Below are positions 40,701 to 50,149 of a stretch of DNA of 64,000 bases, piece after piece; the stretch's first letter is position 1; each line of letters opens with the position of its first letter. This stretch comes from a virus. The notes beneath the pieces are model-generated. The model saw nothing but the letters and a program-made list of their open reading frames with translations, had not been told where the DNA came from and searched no databases. The translations under genes and the position numbers were made by a program. The stretch lies in the IMG/VR virus record IMGVR_UViG_3300042399_002267. One strand, written 5' to 3'.

Positions 40701-41966
40701 TGGAGCTTGTTGAACTGCTTGTTGAGTTTGACCTTGATTTAATGGTTGTGGTCTTTGACCAGAACCAACATCAACACCATCATCAATCATGTCTTGCATA
40801 GTTGCCTGTAAATCAGACATAGCTTTAGTTACTTTTTGAACATGCGTGAGGTCAATATTGTCTTTTCTTGCAAACATGTTCATCACAGCAACTTCTAAGA
40901 AGTTTAATGCAAGGTTGATCATATCCAAGATGTTTAAACCACTTCTTGGATCAATACCCAAAGCATTCAAAATTGCAGCCACTGTAGAGTTTTGACTTGC
41001 TCCTGGACCTGCTAAAAGTTGACCACCAACCAAGTTGCCTGGCGATTGTGCCAATTTCAATGCAGTGTTTGTCGCAGACATTGCCGATCTTAAGAAATTG
41101 TCGTATTCAGATCTTAATTCTGGATTTACTGGAGCACCTTGATGAGCTAAAACAATACTTGATTTGATTTGTTCAGCTTTCTTTTCAAGATTTTCTGCTT
41201 GATTTAAAACATCATCAACATCATAAATTTCTTGAATTTCACAAGCTTCAAAAGCACCATCGCCTACACAAGAAAGCTCTATAAACTTTAAATTGTAGTT
41301 TTCTTCGTAAACTTTTTTGCCTGTAGTTGGATGGGTTTTACCCTTGTGTTTTTTTAAGCATTCACAATAATCTTTGACATCGTATGCTTTGTTGCCACAT
41401 TTTGAGCATGTTCCGTAATCAACAGAACATCCCATAGACACATCGTGAATGATTCCAGTTCTGATATTTCTAGCAATATCAGGATATGCTTCTTCATCTA
41501 CGAAGAAGGTACAATATACACAATTTTCTTTATCATCCCACTCTGCATAAACTACCATCCCTTTGGCTTGTTCAATGTCATCGTTTTTGTGATTTGTATA
41601 AATTGGAACCCCTTCAAATGTCTTATATGCAGGTAACTTTTTTCCTTGAATATCTCTTTCTTTTAAAAGTTCTTCTTTAGAAAAATAATCTCCATTTGCA
41701 TTGCAAATGTCTGCATCTATAGCTCTAGCTCTGACCCAAAGAAGTTTAGCGCCCTGACGAGCTTTCATTTCTTTGACAATATCAAAGTCTTTATATTTTT
41801 CTAAAACATCTTTGGGATCTGCATATAAAGATTGCAAACCAATTTTTGCAGCCTCTCTCATTTGTGATGAGGCTGTCCTAAGCATATGCTCTCTGGCTAT
41901 ATTTCTATCTTGTTCATTTAAGAAACTATCAATTGTGATAGCTCCGCCTTTTGCAATCCTATACAT
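37782..41966 (-). CDS. prohead maturation protease (HK97/assemblin-like) with a long multi-domain extension (1394 aa)
   Basis: N-terminal NANGDYF…PIYTNH…KGMV…DVSMG…FIELSCV. Lies between portal and scaffold, with Zn ribbons in the protease domain and at the C-terminus. Confidence 0.75.
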   Translation of the reverse strand: MYRIAKGGAITIDSFLNEQDRNIAREHMLRTASSQMREAAKIGLQSLYADPKDVLEKYKDFDIVKEMKARQGAKLLWVRARAIDADICNANGDYFSKEELLKERDIQGKKLPAYKTFEGVPIYTNHKNDDIEQAKGMVVYAEWDDKENCVYCTFFVDEEAYPDIARNIRTGIIHDVSMGCSVDYGTCSKCGNKAYDVKDYCECLKKHKGKTHPTTGKKVYEENYNLKFIELSCVGDGAFEACEIQEIYDVDDVLNQAENLEKKAEQIKSSIVLAHQGAPVNPELRSEYDNFLRSAMSATNTALKLAQSPGNLVGGQLLAGPGASQNSTVAAILNALGIDPRSGLNILDMINLALNFLEVAVMNMFARKDNIDLTHVQKVTKAMSDLQATMQDMIDDGVDVGSGQRPQPLNQGQTQQAVQQAPQAAAPVGLANYSPMGNVGRVMDLSLPQETSPVGGGVALASSDLHFVWASNDGSREVFASNGYKTPEKTNKVLSFSQSLLELKNSIGYSRDVQSSIESVIRVANERNKNIKNNTPKNNGAEGRNEMDHFAKIASEQRKKLAAAVTIDFKVEDAAGNKVVLSTDGSITGFTNGKRNSWEPILTESQLNMMENGQGTKVAAELLNQYSGFVRTALLDVKERLESRQEQLEEVRTGETYDNLQDGVKSKNTGVMNKVREELLESKQTGKGAEDVKEILLGEAGLYAHRVKDSEVMKTLTELVAEVAKGVPTEVIEKRLSESRTEGSASAHEIMSATINALGRSVVSAMETPDKIIKVAQMLAEEPMLPEMIGTSAAGSEMRADEADNADFFSKDVEPDNSVAAILKQLGDAVTSTITAKDLADAIAVVAEDSAITKEGIMNIIGSLMMDVSVPSEGLDVEAPSSKTEELKSALQSAVDKDEKLPSKEAIKSVISAGAMASEETGTTPSEVIDSMQSMPEKQMIAAITRAKTASSTDARLRSRERRDFWGVRTASADNIDNNVIGWLADYSTNFDIPTKSIVVAAKRLVEDYDLAEKLLTKAIQIKRSSERTAGIQVTQDKSECLRFVCTKDDLEGVNPSDDAFEETFKQKAISVLQEHGFTVDPNTFSFTDLIVTANGDVTATVSTRSTKSFDVSNGSDSMMSEHDAGHESVGEITEEPVVVMTASAKASREAKRNQILLKYAQVPGMTPAAPPAGPVDPNLGQPAPDASAVPGGDLGISAMTGGDEMNASDPNDQISEPGAIKPWGSVCPVCGSDDVNISESNADCQACGTTYKVLQSIELVSMGSNGKGAEELPDLGMGEDMGLGAATAPTEVPPAPPMGAPGAMAPMASYKAMYRLAATVDSDVYLRTAMPDFDKTTEKRLPIGMICPKCGNREAHKVKNNTFCYDCGNYSKTVVSQNKKNPSKLDVNITWID

Positions 41967-42003
41967 AAAATTTCCTCTTTTATGCTCAAACTAATTCCTT
42001 TAG

Positions 42004-42028
42004 TTCTACCTAAATAATGTTTTTACCT
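42004..42028 (-). promoter_or_regulatory. candidate late promoter AGGT-N16-TAGAA for the protease gene
   Basis: CAGGTAAAAAcattatttaggTAGAA, immediately downstream of the portal terminator. Confidence 0.6.
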
Positions 42029-42036
42029 GTAAAAAT

Positions 42037-42062
42037 TAAACCCGTCGAAATCGACGGGTTTA
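42037..42062 (-). terminator. rho-independent terminator after the portal gene
   Basis: TAAACCCGTCGA-aa-TCGACGGGTTTA followed by a T-run on the minus strand. Confidence 0.8.
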
Positions 42063-42090
42063 GGAAAATAACTCCAAACAATAAAATTAT

Positions 42091-44391
42091 TTATAAAACA
42101 ATTTGCCCATTAGGTTGAAAATTTGATCTTTTCTTTATAGCATTTACAATAACATTTATACAATCTTGTGGATGATCATTTAATTCTTTATCTGTAAATC
42201 TGACAATAATCCAACCATGAGATGCCAAGTCGGTGTCTCTTCTTTTATCTCTTGCTATTTTTTCTGGGTTATTGTGCCAAATTTCACCATCTGCTTCAAC
42301 ACCTATTCTCAAAGCTGGGATTGCAGCATCAAGTTGAAAATCTTGTGTGTTTCCAGCTGAATATTGTGCATACAATGGATATGGCATATTGATTGACATC
42401 AACATTCCATAAAGTTTTTTCTCTAATGATGTAAACAACTGTGGATTGTTTGTCTGCATTTTCTTTTTAGCAGCAGTTCTAATGTTTTCATCTTCATCAA
42501 CAGAAAATCTATTAAGTTCAATTTTAGCTTCATGATTTAACGGGCTAGAAGTGTCTCCGCCAAAGAAAGGCGTATACATATTTCCATACAACCCATCATA
42601 TTCATCAGGTAGTCTTCCCAAGTAGCCTCTGCCATTTACAGGAACTAAAGACTTGATAAACCCTTCATGCGCAGCAGATTTATATCTTTTGCTAGCTAAA
42701 CGTTTAGTTGTTCCATCAAAATGAATTTGCATTTTTTCATCAACAATTTCATTAATCATCGAAGATGCTAATCTATAGTTTTCATCTCTTGAATTAGCAA
42801 GTGGTGGCGCTAATCCTGGTGCGCCCATTCCTGACATATCAGGAGCTTGCTGTGCTCCAAAACCTTGACCTGAAACTGGACCTGATTGAATGTTCATGCT
42901 GAATTCAGGAACACCATAATTTGGATCCTTCATGAATGTTGCACCTTGTTCAAATCTCAATCTTTCAATTTCTTGATCGACATCTAAACCGAATGCTTCA
43001 ATTAATGAAACATTTGAAACTACTCCATTTTGGTTGGCTGTTACAAGTGTTTGAAGTTTATTAGTTTCATCTCTTAATTCCAAAGAATTGAATTTGATTT
43101 TAGGATAAATGATTTCGTCTTGTCCTCTTTCGCCTTCAACTACAAATCCATTCCACTGAGAAACTGGCTTAAATATTTTTTGTTCTATCCAGTTAGCAAC
43201 TTCATGTCTCCAAGTTTCAATTCTTTGCTCCATTGCAAGAAGACCAACTTGACCAGCTGAGTATGCAGGACCTTCTCCAGTTAATAACACTTTACTAAGC
43301 ATCATTCCATCTAGAAGTTCATTTTCGATTAATTCAAATTGATTGGAGATATCATAAATTTTTCCACTAGCTCCATACCATTCTAAATCAAAGTTATGGT
43401 GAGTAACAAGTGTAAGGTTAGGGTCATTTGCCAAAGATGACAATTCATCTTGAACGCTATCAATATCTTCTTGAGATGCAGGACGAGTATCAGAGCCTAT
43501 TTTGACAACCTTAACAGGAATGATTAATCTTTCAGCAATTATATATTGAGCCTGTCTAAGTTTATCTTTGTAAGTTAATGTTTGAAACAATGGTCTTACA
43601 ATAGATGTGCCATAATCTTCCCAAGGATTAGAGCCATATTTAAAATGATGAATTGATATTGGGTTTAATTTGATTGGTTCACCCTTTTGTATCAATCTCT
43701 TTACACCATCAGGGATATTTTCATATACTTCTTTTGGGCTACGTTCTGTGACAATTCTTACTTCTTCTGCAGATGGTCTGTAAGAATATGATCCATGTTG
43801 ATCAATCATCCCTGGAGATTTTAAAACACTGTCAGGATTTAGGATAGAACATGATTTCCAAGTGGCTCCGTCATGTTGACATTCTTCGCCTTTTTCATTG
43901 TCCCAGTTTGATCCAAAACAATGAGGGCAATCAATTGACATTAATACGAATGCATCACCCAATAAATAATAGACTTTGGAAATCTCCGGGAGCCATTTTT
44001 GGAAATTTAAAACTTCAATTAATTTTTCAAAATAGTCTTTTACATAAGTGGAAGAACACTCAAGTTTCCATCCTGAAAATGGATAAGTAGCATAAAAATT
44101 TATTCCAGCAGCAACTTTAGGTTCATTATTTTTCCACCAGTTTGCCCAAAGATATACTTCACGTCGAGCATTTGGAATCTGAAAAGATGAAGGAGTTAAG
44201 AACGGTGAATAAAAGTTAGGAGAAGTGGTTACTGAATTTACAGATGCTTGCCTTACATTAGGACCTGGACCTTGAGAAACTCTGCTAGTGGCATGATTTC
44301 TTTTTTCAGTAACATCACTTATTGTTGTTTCACCAATTACTGATTTTGCTGATGATTTGATAGCAGCTGCCAATGAAAGTCTATTTGCCAT
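42091..44391 (-). CDS. portal protein with C-terminal DUF559 (Vsr-like PD-(D/E)XK) nuclease domain
   Basis: Portal core (…YYLLGDAF…IHHFK…YGTSIV…). C-terminal LEKKLY…QY…FQLDAAIPALRIGVEADGEIWH…RDKRRD…GWIIVRF is DUF559-like. Confidence 0.8.
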   Translation of the reverse strand: MANRLSLAAAIKSSAKSVIGETTISDVTEKRNHATSRVSQGPGPNVRQASVNSVTTSPNFYSPFLTPSSFQIPNARREVYLWANWWKNNEPKVAAGINFYATYPFSGWKLECSSTYVKDYFEKLIEVLNFQKWLPEISKVYYLLGDAFVLMSIDCPHCFGSNWDNEKGEECQHDGATWKSCSILNPDSVLKSPGMIDQHGSYSYRPSAEEVRIVTERSPKEVYENIPDGVKRLIQKGEPIKLNPISIHHFKYGSNPWEDYGTSIVRPLFQTLTYKDKLRQAQYIIAERLIIPVKVVKIGSDTRPASQEDIDSVQDELSSLANDPNLTLVTHHNFDLEWYGASGKIYDISNQFELIENELLDGMMLSKVLLTGEGPAYSAGQVGLLAMEQRIETWRHEVANWIEQKIFKPVSQWNGFVVEGERGQDEIIYPKIKFNSLELRDETNKLQTLVTANQNGVVSNVSLIEAFGLDVDQEIERLRFEQGATFMKDPNYGVPEFSMNIQSGPVSGQGFGAQQAPDMSGMGAPGLAPPLANSRDENYRLASSMINEIVDEKMQIHFDGTTKRLASKRYKSAAHEGFIKSLVPVNGRGYLGRLPDEYDGLYGNMYTPFFGGDTSSPLNHEAKIELNRFSVDEDENIRTAAKKKMQTNNPQLFTSLEKKLYGMLMSINMPYPLYAQYSAGNTQDFQLDAAIPALRIGVEADGEIWHNNPEKIARDKRRDTDLASHGWIIVRFTDKELNDHPQDCINVIVNAIKKRSNFQPNGQIVL

Positions 44392-44399
44392 AACAAGTA

Positions 44400-44801
44400 T
44401 TATACCAGAGTTTTATTAGACGGTAAATTGTCATAAAAAACTGAAGGATCGCCTTTACCAGAATTGTACTGTATGGTTCCTTCACCATTTTTCATACTCA
44501 TCCCGCCTTTGCCCTTTTCAACTTGCAACATGTTTATTGAGTCTTCTTCGTAATGTCTTCCATTTTCAAGTTGACTTTGCAAAGTTTGAAATCTAGGGTC
44601 ATTAGCCTCTATATCAGATTGTGGAACATCTTGAACAATTTTTTCGAATAATTGAGATTGATTTGTTTTGGAATCAATATAAAAGTCATCTAAAGATCTT
44701 CCTTGGTCTAAAAGAAACTTAATCATTTCTCCTGACATTTCAGGTTTTTGAGGATTTATTACTCCCCCGCCAATTCCATCTTTAGCAATTCTGTACCACA
44801 T
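44400..44801 (-). CDS. hypothetical head-associated protein
   Basis: 133 aa. N-terminus MWYRIAK matches the protease N-terminus MYRIAK. Confidence 0.7.
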   Translation of the reverse strand: MWYRIAKDGIGGGVINPQKPEMSGEMIKFLLDQGRSLDDFYIDSKTNQSQLFEKIVQDVPQSDIEANDPRFQTLQSQLENGRHYEEDSINMLQVEKGKGGMSMKNGEGTIQYNSGKGDPSVFYDNLPSNKTLV

Positions 44802-44802
44802 A

Positions 44803-46425
44803 TTAATACTCTAAATTACTTTTTCGTTTATCTTCTAATAAGGTATCTATGCCAGCATCTTTTAACTTATTGACAAAATCTTCTAATTCTTCTTCAGAAT
44901 AAAGATCATAATAATCTTCTTCTTCTAAAAGTGCTTCAATTGAAGCATCAATATCTTTGTCATTCTTGATAGTTCTTCTATCTTCTAATTGTTCGTTTTT
45001 TGGCTTGATATCTTTAGGATTATTGCGTGATTCTTCTAATTTTTCATCTAGTTTGACATCTTTTTTAGCTGTTTTATTTAAAAGATGTGAGATTGAATCT
45101 TCAGAACCATCTCCTGCCTCATCATTGATTTCTTTCTTGATGTCAATAGCATTTGAAGAAAAATCATTTAATTGTTTAGCAAAAGACTCATCCATTTCAT
45201 CTTTGTGAGAATATAATGAATCTTTCCCAAGCTGTTCTTGTCTTGTCTTCATTAATTCATCACCAGATGTGTGTAATTTTTCAATCAATTCATTTAAAAA
45301 ATCTTTTTTAGGCTCATTGGTTCTTGGCAATTGATTTTCAATTGTTTTATCAGTAATTGATTGAGCTTTCTTCACTGTCTTTTCAACATTTCTGTGACCT
45401 GAAGATTCTAATCTCTTTTCAATAGATTCTTCTGGAAGTGAATCTCTTTTATAACCTTTTTGATTTTTTTCAAATCTTGTTTCAAAAGGTATTTCACCTT
45501 CTGTTAATTTCTTAGATCTTTCGCCTTCGTTGAGTTCAAGAGCATTCGCTTCATTGTCAGGATGCTTGTGAACATTCAATCTTGCCATGACTTGTTCTTG
45601 TGGCTGGAATGATACTTTCAACCATGCTTCATATGCACAAGATACAGTGCCATCTTTTGCTAATCTTGAGTCAATACAATGATCTCTACATTTGCTGACT
45701 TCCATTGGAACAGCGCTTTTGTATCCTTGAAATATGCCTTTAGGGCATAATAAATAAGGTTCATTGAATTGAGTTTGTAAAGTTGTATATGCAACTCTTA
45801 CATTTGAAGAAGGTGTAATTGATTCAAATTGATTTCTGATAATTGCAATAGCTTTTGAATAATTGAATGAATCACCTTTTAAGACATGATTTCTTGCTGT
45901 TTTGATCATTGAGGAATTATTAGATTCTACAACCTTAAGTAATTCATCAAGAGTTTCTAATGCATCTAATTGCCAAGACCCTCTAGATTTATCTTCTAGT
46001 TTGTATGCAACTTTTTCAAATTTGATAGCTTCAGAATCATGTCCTGCTGCATTTTGCAATGAATTGTATGCATGTCTAAGTAATGCACATACTTGTGAAT
46101 TTCTAATGTTCATAAGCTTGTTCAAATCCGAGGAGACTTTAATGATCGCTTCATTTGGTCTCAATTTTCTCATTTTATTAATTTTGCCTGGACCATCCAT
46201 TTCAAAAAATGCTTTGACCAAAGCGTCATCAATATCAAAATCTTTTTCCATTAATTTTCCAAATATTGATTCGGATGGAATAAAACTTCTTTTTGATATA
46301 TGTTCTTGAAGCGAAGCTACTTCATCTTGTAGCAATTTGATCAAACCTTCTGCTCCAATTTTGCCCATTATTTTTTCAGCAACATCTGGGTTATGAGAAT
46401 GCAATTTGATCTTATAGCTATCCAT
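44803..46425 (-). CDS. hypothetical head-associated protein with ExxL..R repeats
   Basis: 540 aa with a Cys cluster and repeated E-x-x-L motifs shared with the protease. Confidence 0.75.
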   Translation of the reverse strand: MDSYKIKLHSHNPDVAEKIMGKIGAEGLIKLLQDEVASLQEHISKRSFIPSESIFGKLMEKDFDIDDALVKAFFEMDGPGKINKMRKLRPNEAIIKVSSDLNKLMNIRNSQVCALLRHAYNSLQNAAGHDSEAIKFEKVAYKLEDKSRGSWQLDALETLDELLKVVESNNSSMIKTARNHVLKGDSFNYSKAIAIIRNQFESITPSSNVRVAYTTLQTQFNEPYLLCPKGIFQGYKSAVPMEVSKCRDHCIDSRLAKDGTVSCAYEAWLKVSFQPQEQVMARLNVHKHPDNEANALELNEGERSKKLTEGEIPFETRFEKNQKGYKRDSLPEESIEKRLESSGHRNVEKTVKKAQSITDKTIENQLPRTNEPKKDFLNELIEKLHTSGDELMKTRQEQLGKDSLYSHKDEMDESFAKQLNDFSSNAIDIKKEINDEAGDGSEDSISHLLNKTAKKDVKLDEKLEESRNNPKDIKPKNEQLEDRRTIKNDKDIDASIEALLEEEDYYDLYSEEELEDFVNKLKDAGIDTLLEDKRKSNLEY

Positions 46426-46426
46426 T

Positions 46427-47380
46427 TTAATTTCCTAAGCCTAAATTTTCTAATTCTTCTTTATCGAAGCCTCTATCAGTTAAAGCTTTTTTGATAGCAG
46501 ATAGTTTTTGAGCAACACCCTTTTTGCTAACAGGATCTTTAAAGTCACCTTGTTTAGTATTTTTATCAACAACAAGTAAATCTGAGAGATACATTGTTCT
46601 CATTATCAATTCTGCTGTAGAAGACTTTGAATAATCTGGTTCAGCATCATAATCTAAACCTGCTGTGCGAATAATATTTTCGGTCTCAGCATGCTTTTCA
46701 AGCTCGTTCTCAATCTTATCTTTGATATTTTTTTGTTCTTTGATAGATTTTTCTTTTTTAGTATCACGATTTTTTTTCTTATTATAATCACGAACAATAT
46801 CAACAGCTCTTTCAACTGTTTCATTGTTCCAATACTTAAGTTTTGCTAAAAAGCGAACAATATCATTTTTCTCAACACCATGATCTAAAAGTTTACCAAC
46901 TTTACCCATCAAAACTCTGAATGGGTTACCTCTGGTTTTCTTTTTGGGTTTTATTGCTTGTTGAGCTGTTCTATTGTTGTACACGGCATTGCCTTTCACA
47001 AGTTTATTAACTTCTTCTTTGTATTTTTTTGCTAATTCAATTGGTGTAGGATCTCTCTGATTTAAATTGTCAGGATTTCTTGTTAATTTTCTTTTATCAC
47101 CATTTAAATTTGAAGAATTTAAAATTTTTATAAGTTTTTCTCTTACCTCTGGTCTAGTGGATTCTGAAATTGCATTTTCAATTTCTGCACTTAAACCAAT
47201 TGACATTGATTCATTAATTATTTTATCCATTAATGAATTAAATTTCTTCAATGTCAAACCCTGTTCTTGTTGTCCCTGTTGTTGTCCATTAAGGGGCATA
47301 TTTGTAGCACCCACAGCATCAGAGGTACTTGGAGTAGAGCCTGGTGGTGGTCCAGATGGTACTTGTGAAATCTTATTCAT
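46427..47380 (-). CDS. hypothetical head-associated protein
   Basis: 317 aa, K-rich, in the head operon. Confidence 0.75.
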   Translation of the reverse strand: MNKISQVPSGPPPGSTPSTSDAVGATNMPLNGQQQGQQEQGLTLKKFNSLMDKIINESMSIGLSAEIENAISESTRPEVREKLIKILNSSNLNGDKRKLTRNPDNLNQRDPTPIELAKKYKEEVNKLVKGNAVYNNRTAQQAIKPKKKTRGNPFRVLMGKVGKLLDHGVEKNDIVRFLAKLKYWNNETVERAVDIVRDYNKKKNRDTKKEKSIKEQKNIKDKIENELEKHAETENIIRTAGLDYDAEPDYSKSSTAELIMRTMYLSDLLVVDKNTKQGDFKDPVSKKGVAQKLSAIKKALTDRGFDKEELENLGLGN

Positions 47381-48195
47381 TAGTCTAAATCGTCAAAATT
47401 CAAATCAATATTGTTATAAATATCTCTTAAAGTTTTAGCTGGCTGCTGTGATTTTTGTTCGAAAGATCTACCAGTTGCAGATTTGATTTCATTTTTTTCT
47501 TCTCTGAGCTTTTGCTGTGAAGCAATTCTCATAGATTCTCTTTGATCAAGTTTATCGGAATCAATCATCCCAAATTGTGATGAATATTCTGTATCTGAAG
47601 AAGTTCTGAGGATGGAATGTGCTCTAGCATTAACAGTGTTTGATTTTCTGATAGTATTGATTGCTCTATCTTCCCAATCTTTGTGTCTGGATGCTTTAGC
47701 TTCTCTTGAAGCTTGAGTTTGTGCAACTACTTGTTCACTGGTGTTTTCTTGACTATTTAAGAATTCTTGGGATAATGCAATCATATCTGGATTGAAAATA
47801 GATGCAGAGCCTCTAAGCATAGCATCCATGTATTCTTCTGAAGAGAATGCTTGCAAACCACTTGTTGTAGTTCTTGCATTTAATCCCTCATCAACTCCAT
47901 AATCAGATCTTCTGATTGAACCAAAATCATTGTTCAATAAAGATTCTTCCATTGAAGAAGGTCTTAGATCTTCATACTTTGCTGCGCCAGAAATCTTTTC
48001 CCAGGACTTTTCAAGATTTGAAGCTTCTTTGCCCATACCCACTTGCTGTTTCGACATTTTAAATCTATTTTCGGTAGAATTTCTTTTTAAATCAGCATAT
48101 GGATCTTCTTCAACGTCAACTTGTGCACCGACAAATTTGTTTTGAATGAAAGATGGTATATTGTCTATTTCTGATACTTTTCTAAATTTGCTCAT
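47380..48195 (-). CDS. hypothetical head-associated protein
   Basis: 271 aa, coupled to the next gene. Confidence 0.75.
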   Translation of the reverse strand: MSKFRKVSEIDNIPSFIQNKFVGAQVDVEEDPYADLKRNSTENRFKMSKQQVGMGKEASNLEKSWEKISGAAKYEDLRPSSMEESLLNNDFGSIRRSDYGVDEGLNARTTTSGLQAFSSEEYMDAMLRGSASIFNPDMIALSQEFLNSQENTSEQVVAQTQASREAKASRHKDWEDRAINTIRKSNTVNARAHSILRTSSDTEYSSQFGMIDSDKLDQRESMRIASQQKLREEKNEIKSATGRSFEQKSQQPAKTLRDIYNNIDLNFDDLD

Positions 48196-48225
48196 GTTTA
48201 TTTTCCTGGAATAATCTACAAGACA

Positions 48226-48252
48226 ATCCCAGGAGGATAGAACTCCTGGGAT
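48226..48252 (-). terminator. hairpin/terminator after the 48274-49191 gene
   Basis: ATCCCAGGAG-gatagaa-CTCCTGGGAT. Confidence 0.65.
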
Positions 48253-48273
48253 GTTATTTCTTGAGGATTTTTT

Positions 48274-49191
48274 TTATGATTTCTTATCGTACTTCTTGGT
48301 AAACAAGGCTTCAATCCAATCTTGATCGCCGTAACCAAGGTCATTCTTCCAATAATCAATCAATCTGCTGTAATCTGCATCTGAAAGAGTTGCTTCCTTG
48401 ACCATAGATGCAACAGCTGTTTTCTTAACTGATGTTGCAAGGTTGGATGCCATTACATTTTTGATGTCTACAGTATTGTCTGCAACAGGAGCATTATTAC
48501 CAAGCATTGCATCCACATATTCTTGTGGAAAACCTTGAGCTAATGCTTTTGAAGCAAAGGCTTTTTTAGCATTAACTGGAAGATTAGTGATTGGTCTAAA
48601 TCCAGATTCGGTATTTGTCTTTGCAGTCTTCACTTTTTGTGCAGCCTTTTCATCGTTTGCTACTTTAGTGACTAAAGATTCACGATATGCTTTTCTTTGA
48701 GCTAATTTTTGATTCTTTTCAGCTTCAGCTTTGACAATGGTCTCAACTTTGCTTGCTAATCTAACTCTTCTCTCATGTCTTGCAGCAAGGATTGCATTTT
48801 TAAGATCTTCATCGCCTGCAGCAATTGCAGCTTCTACTGCATCAGCTGAAAGCTGTGATGGATGGTTAAAAACAATACTTGAACTTAATTTGAGTTTCTT
48901 TTTCTCAGCTTCTGGTAAAGCATCTATGATATCCTGTACAGATGCATCTTTAGCATCTTTGACATCTTTTTTAGCATCTTTTTTATCATCATCATCTTGA
49001 TCTTCAGATGCATTTTTATTCTTTTGATCAAGATATTCTTGCAATCCAGGATTAAGTTTGCCTGATGTTTTACCAGCTTCTTTAACTTCAGCTAGTTTAT
49101 TGTTGAAATTGTCCCAATTGATGCCTTGAAAAACCATCTCTGAATCAAGTGGATCTTCATTGACATGTGTAGGGAAGATTCTATCTGCCAT
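48274..49191 (-). CDS. abundant head-associated (internal/core-like) protein
   Basis: 305 aa, A/K/D-rich. Has its own candidate promoter, SD GAGGAG and terminator, plus high-expression codon usage. Confidence 0.75.
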   Translation of the reverse strand: MADRIFPTHVNEDPLDSEMVFQGINWDNFNNKLAEVKEAGKTSGKLNPGLQEYLDQKNKNASEDQDDDDKKDAKKDVKDAKDASVQDIIDALPEAEKKKLKLSSSIVFNHPSQLSADAVEAAIAAGDEDLKNAILAARHERRVRLASKVETIVKAEAEKNQKLAQRKAYRESLVTKVANDEKAAQKVKTAKTNTESGFRPITNLPVNAKKAFASKALAQGFPQEYVDAMLGNNAPVADNTVDIKNVMASNLATSVKKTAVASMVKEATLSDADYSRLIDYWKNDLGYGDQDWIEALFTKKYDKKS

Positions 49192-49228
49192 AATTTTAAT
49201 AACTCCTCAAGAAATTATATTGTAAACC

Positions 49229-49253
49229 TTCTGAAATTTAATCTATCAAACCT
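49229..49253 (-). promoter_or_regulatory. candidate late promoter AGGT-N16-CAGAA, overlapped by direct repeat AAACCTTCWGAA
   Basis: Motif spacing matches the other sites. Repeats at 49224-49235 and 49248-49259. Confidence 0.5.
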
Positions 49254-49270
49254 TCAGAAGTTTTATTTCT

Positions 49271-49609
49271 CTATGTTTTTTTATCCAATATGAGTTTTTT
49301 GCCCTTCAAAATTAATTTGTCTCCAATATTAATTTTGAGTTTTTTGAATATGCCTTTATATGCTTCTACAACATATTTGACATCATCTGCGTCTGGAGCA
49401 ACAAGTTTTGTGCTCTGTTTTTCTAAATCTTTAAAATCTAAAATTTCAAAATCATTATTTAGAAATGCCAAACTAAGAGAAAAATCTACATTATTATTCC
49501 AAAAAGAATGTTGACCTTTAGAAGGAAATGTAAAAAATACTACTTCCAATTCTTCTAAAGGTTCTGCAAACATCAATCCCTTAGTTCTTTTTTGATCGTT
49601 GTCAGCCAT
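49271..49609 (-). CDS. DUF192-family protein
   Basis: KGLMF…SFWNNNVDFSLSLAFL…KYVVE. Confidence 0.75.
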   Translation of the reverse strand: MADNDQKRTKGLMFAEPLEELEVVFFTFPSKGQHSFWNNNVDFSLSLAFLNNDFEILDFKDLEKQSTKLVAPDADDVKYVVEAYKGIFKKLKINIGDKLILKGKKLILDKKT

Positions 49610-49651
49610 AAACCTGATTTCGAATTCATCACGGAATTCACTACTAGAGAG

Positions 49652-50140
49652 TCAAGTAGCGATTTTTTTAAATTTTGTATTTGATTGAACTACCGCTTTA
49701 GCTTCGTTTAAATCAAATTTATCTTTGGTTCTATTTTTTCTGAATTCATTTGTTGTTTCAGAACTAAGATAATGATCTCTAAGAGCCAATTTAGCTTTTT
49801 CAGTAAGCGAAACTGATCTTCCGTAACCAGTAAGTAATCCTGAAGTTTTAAGTGCTAAAAGATCATTATCTGTAATATCAGAAGGAACATGGCAAACTTT
49901 AGCTTCTCTATTATGAGTAAGTTGATTTGCAGCAGTGACAACTTCATCAACATTTTTGTCAATAGTCATAAGCATTTCCATATAACGATCACCAACTTTA
50001 GCAGCTTGCTTTTGTGGTGGTGGAGTTGAACCCATGAGTTGAATTTGGATATCTGATAAACCCAAATTGCTCATTGACTGAGTGTCAAATAATTCTGCGT
50101 GTAATTCTAAAGAATGAACTGGCTTAATTGGTAAAGGCAT
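49652..50140 (-). CDS. hypothetical protein
   Basis: 162 aa, SD AGGAG, ends FKKIAT. Confidence 0.75.
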   Translation of the reverse strand: MPLPIKPVHSLELHAELFDTQSMSNLGLSDIQIQLMGSTPPPQKQAAKVGDRYMEMLMTIDKNVDEVVTAANQLTHNREAKVCHVPSDITDNDLLALKTSGLLTGYGRSVSLTEKAKLALRDHYLSSETTNEFRKNRTKDKFDLNEAKAVVQSNTKFKKIAT

Positions 50141-50149
50141 AATGTTCTC

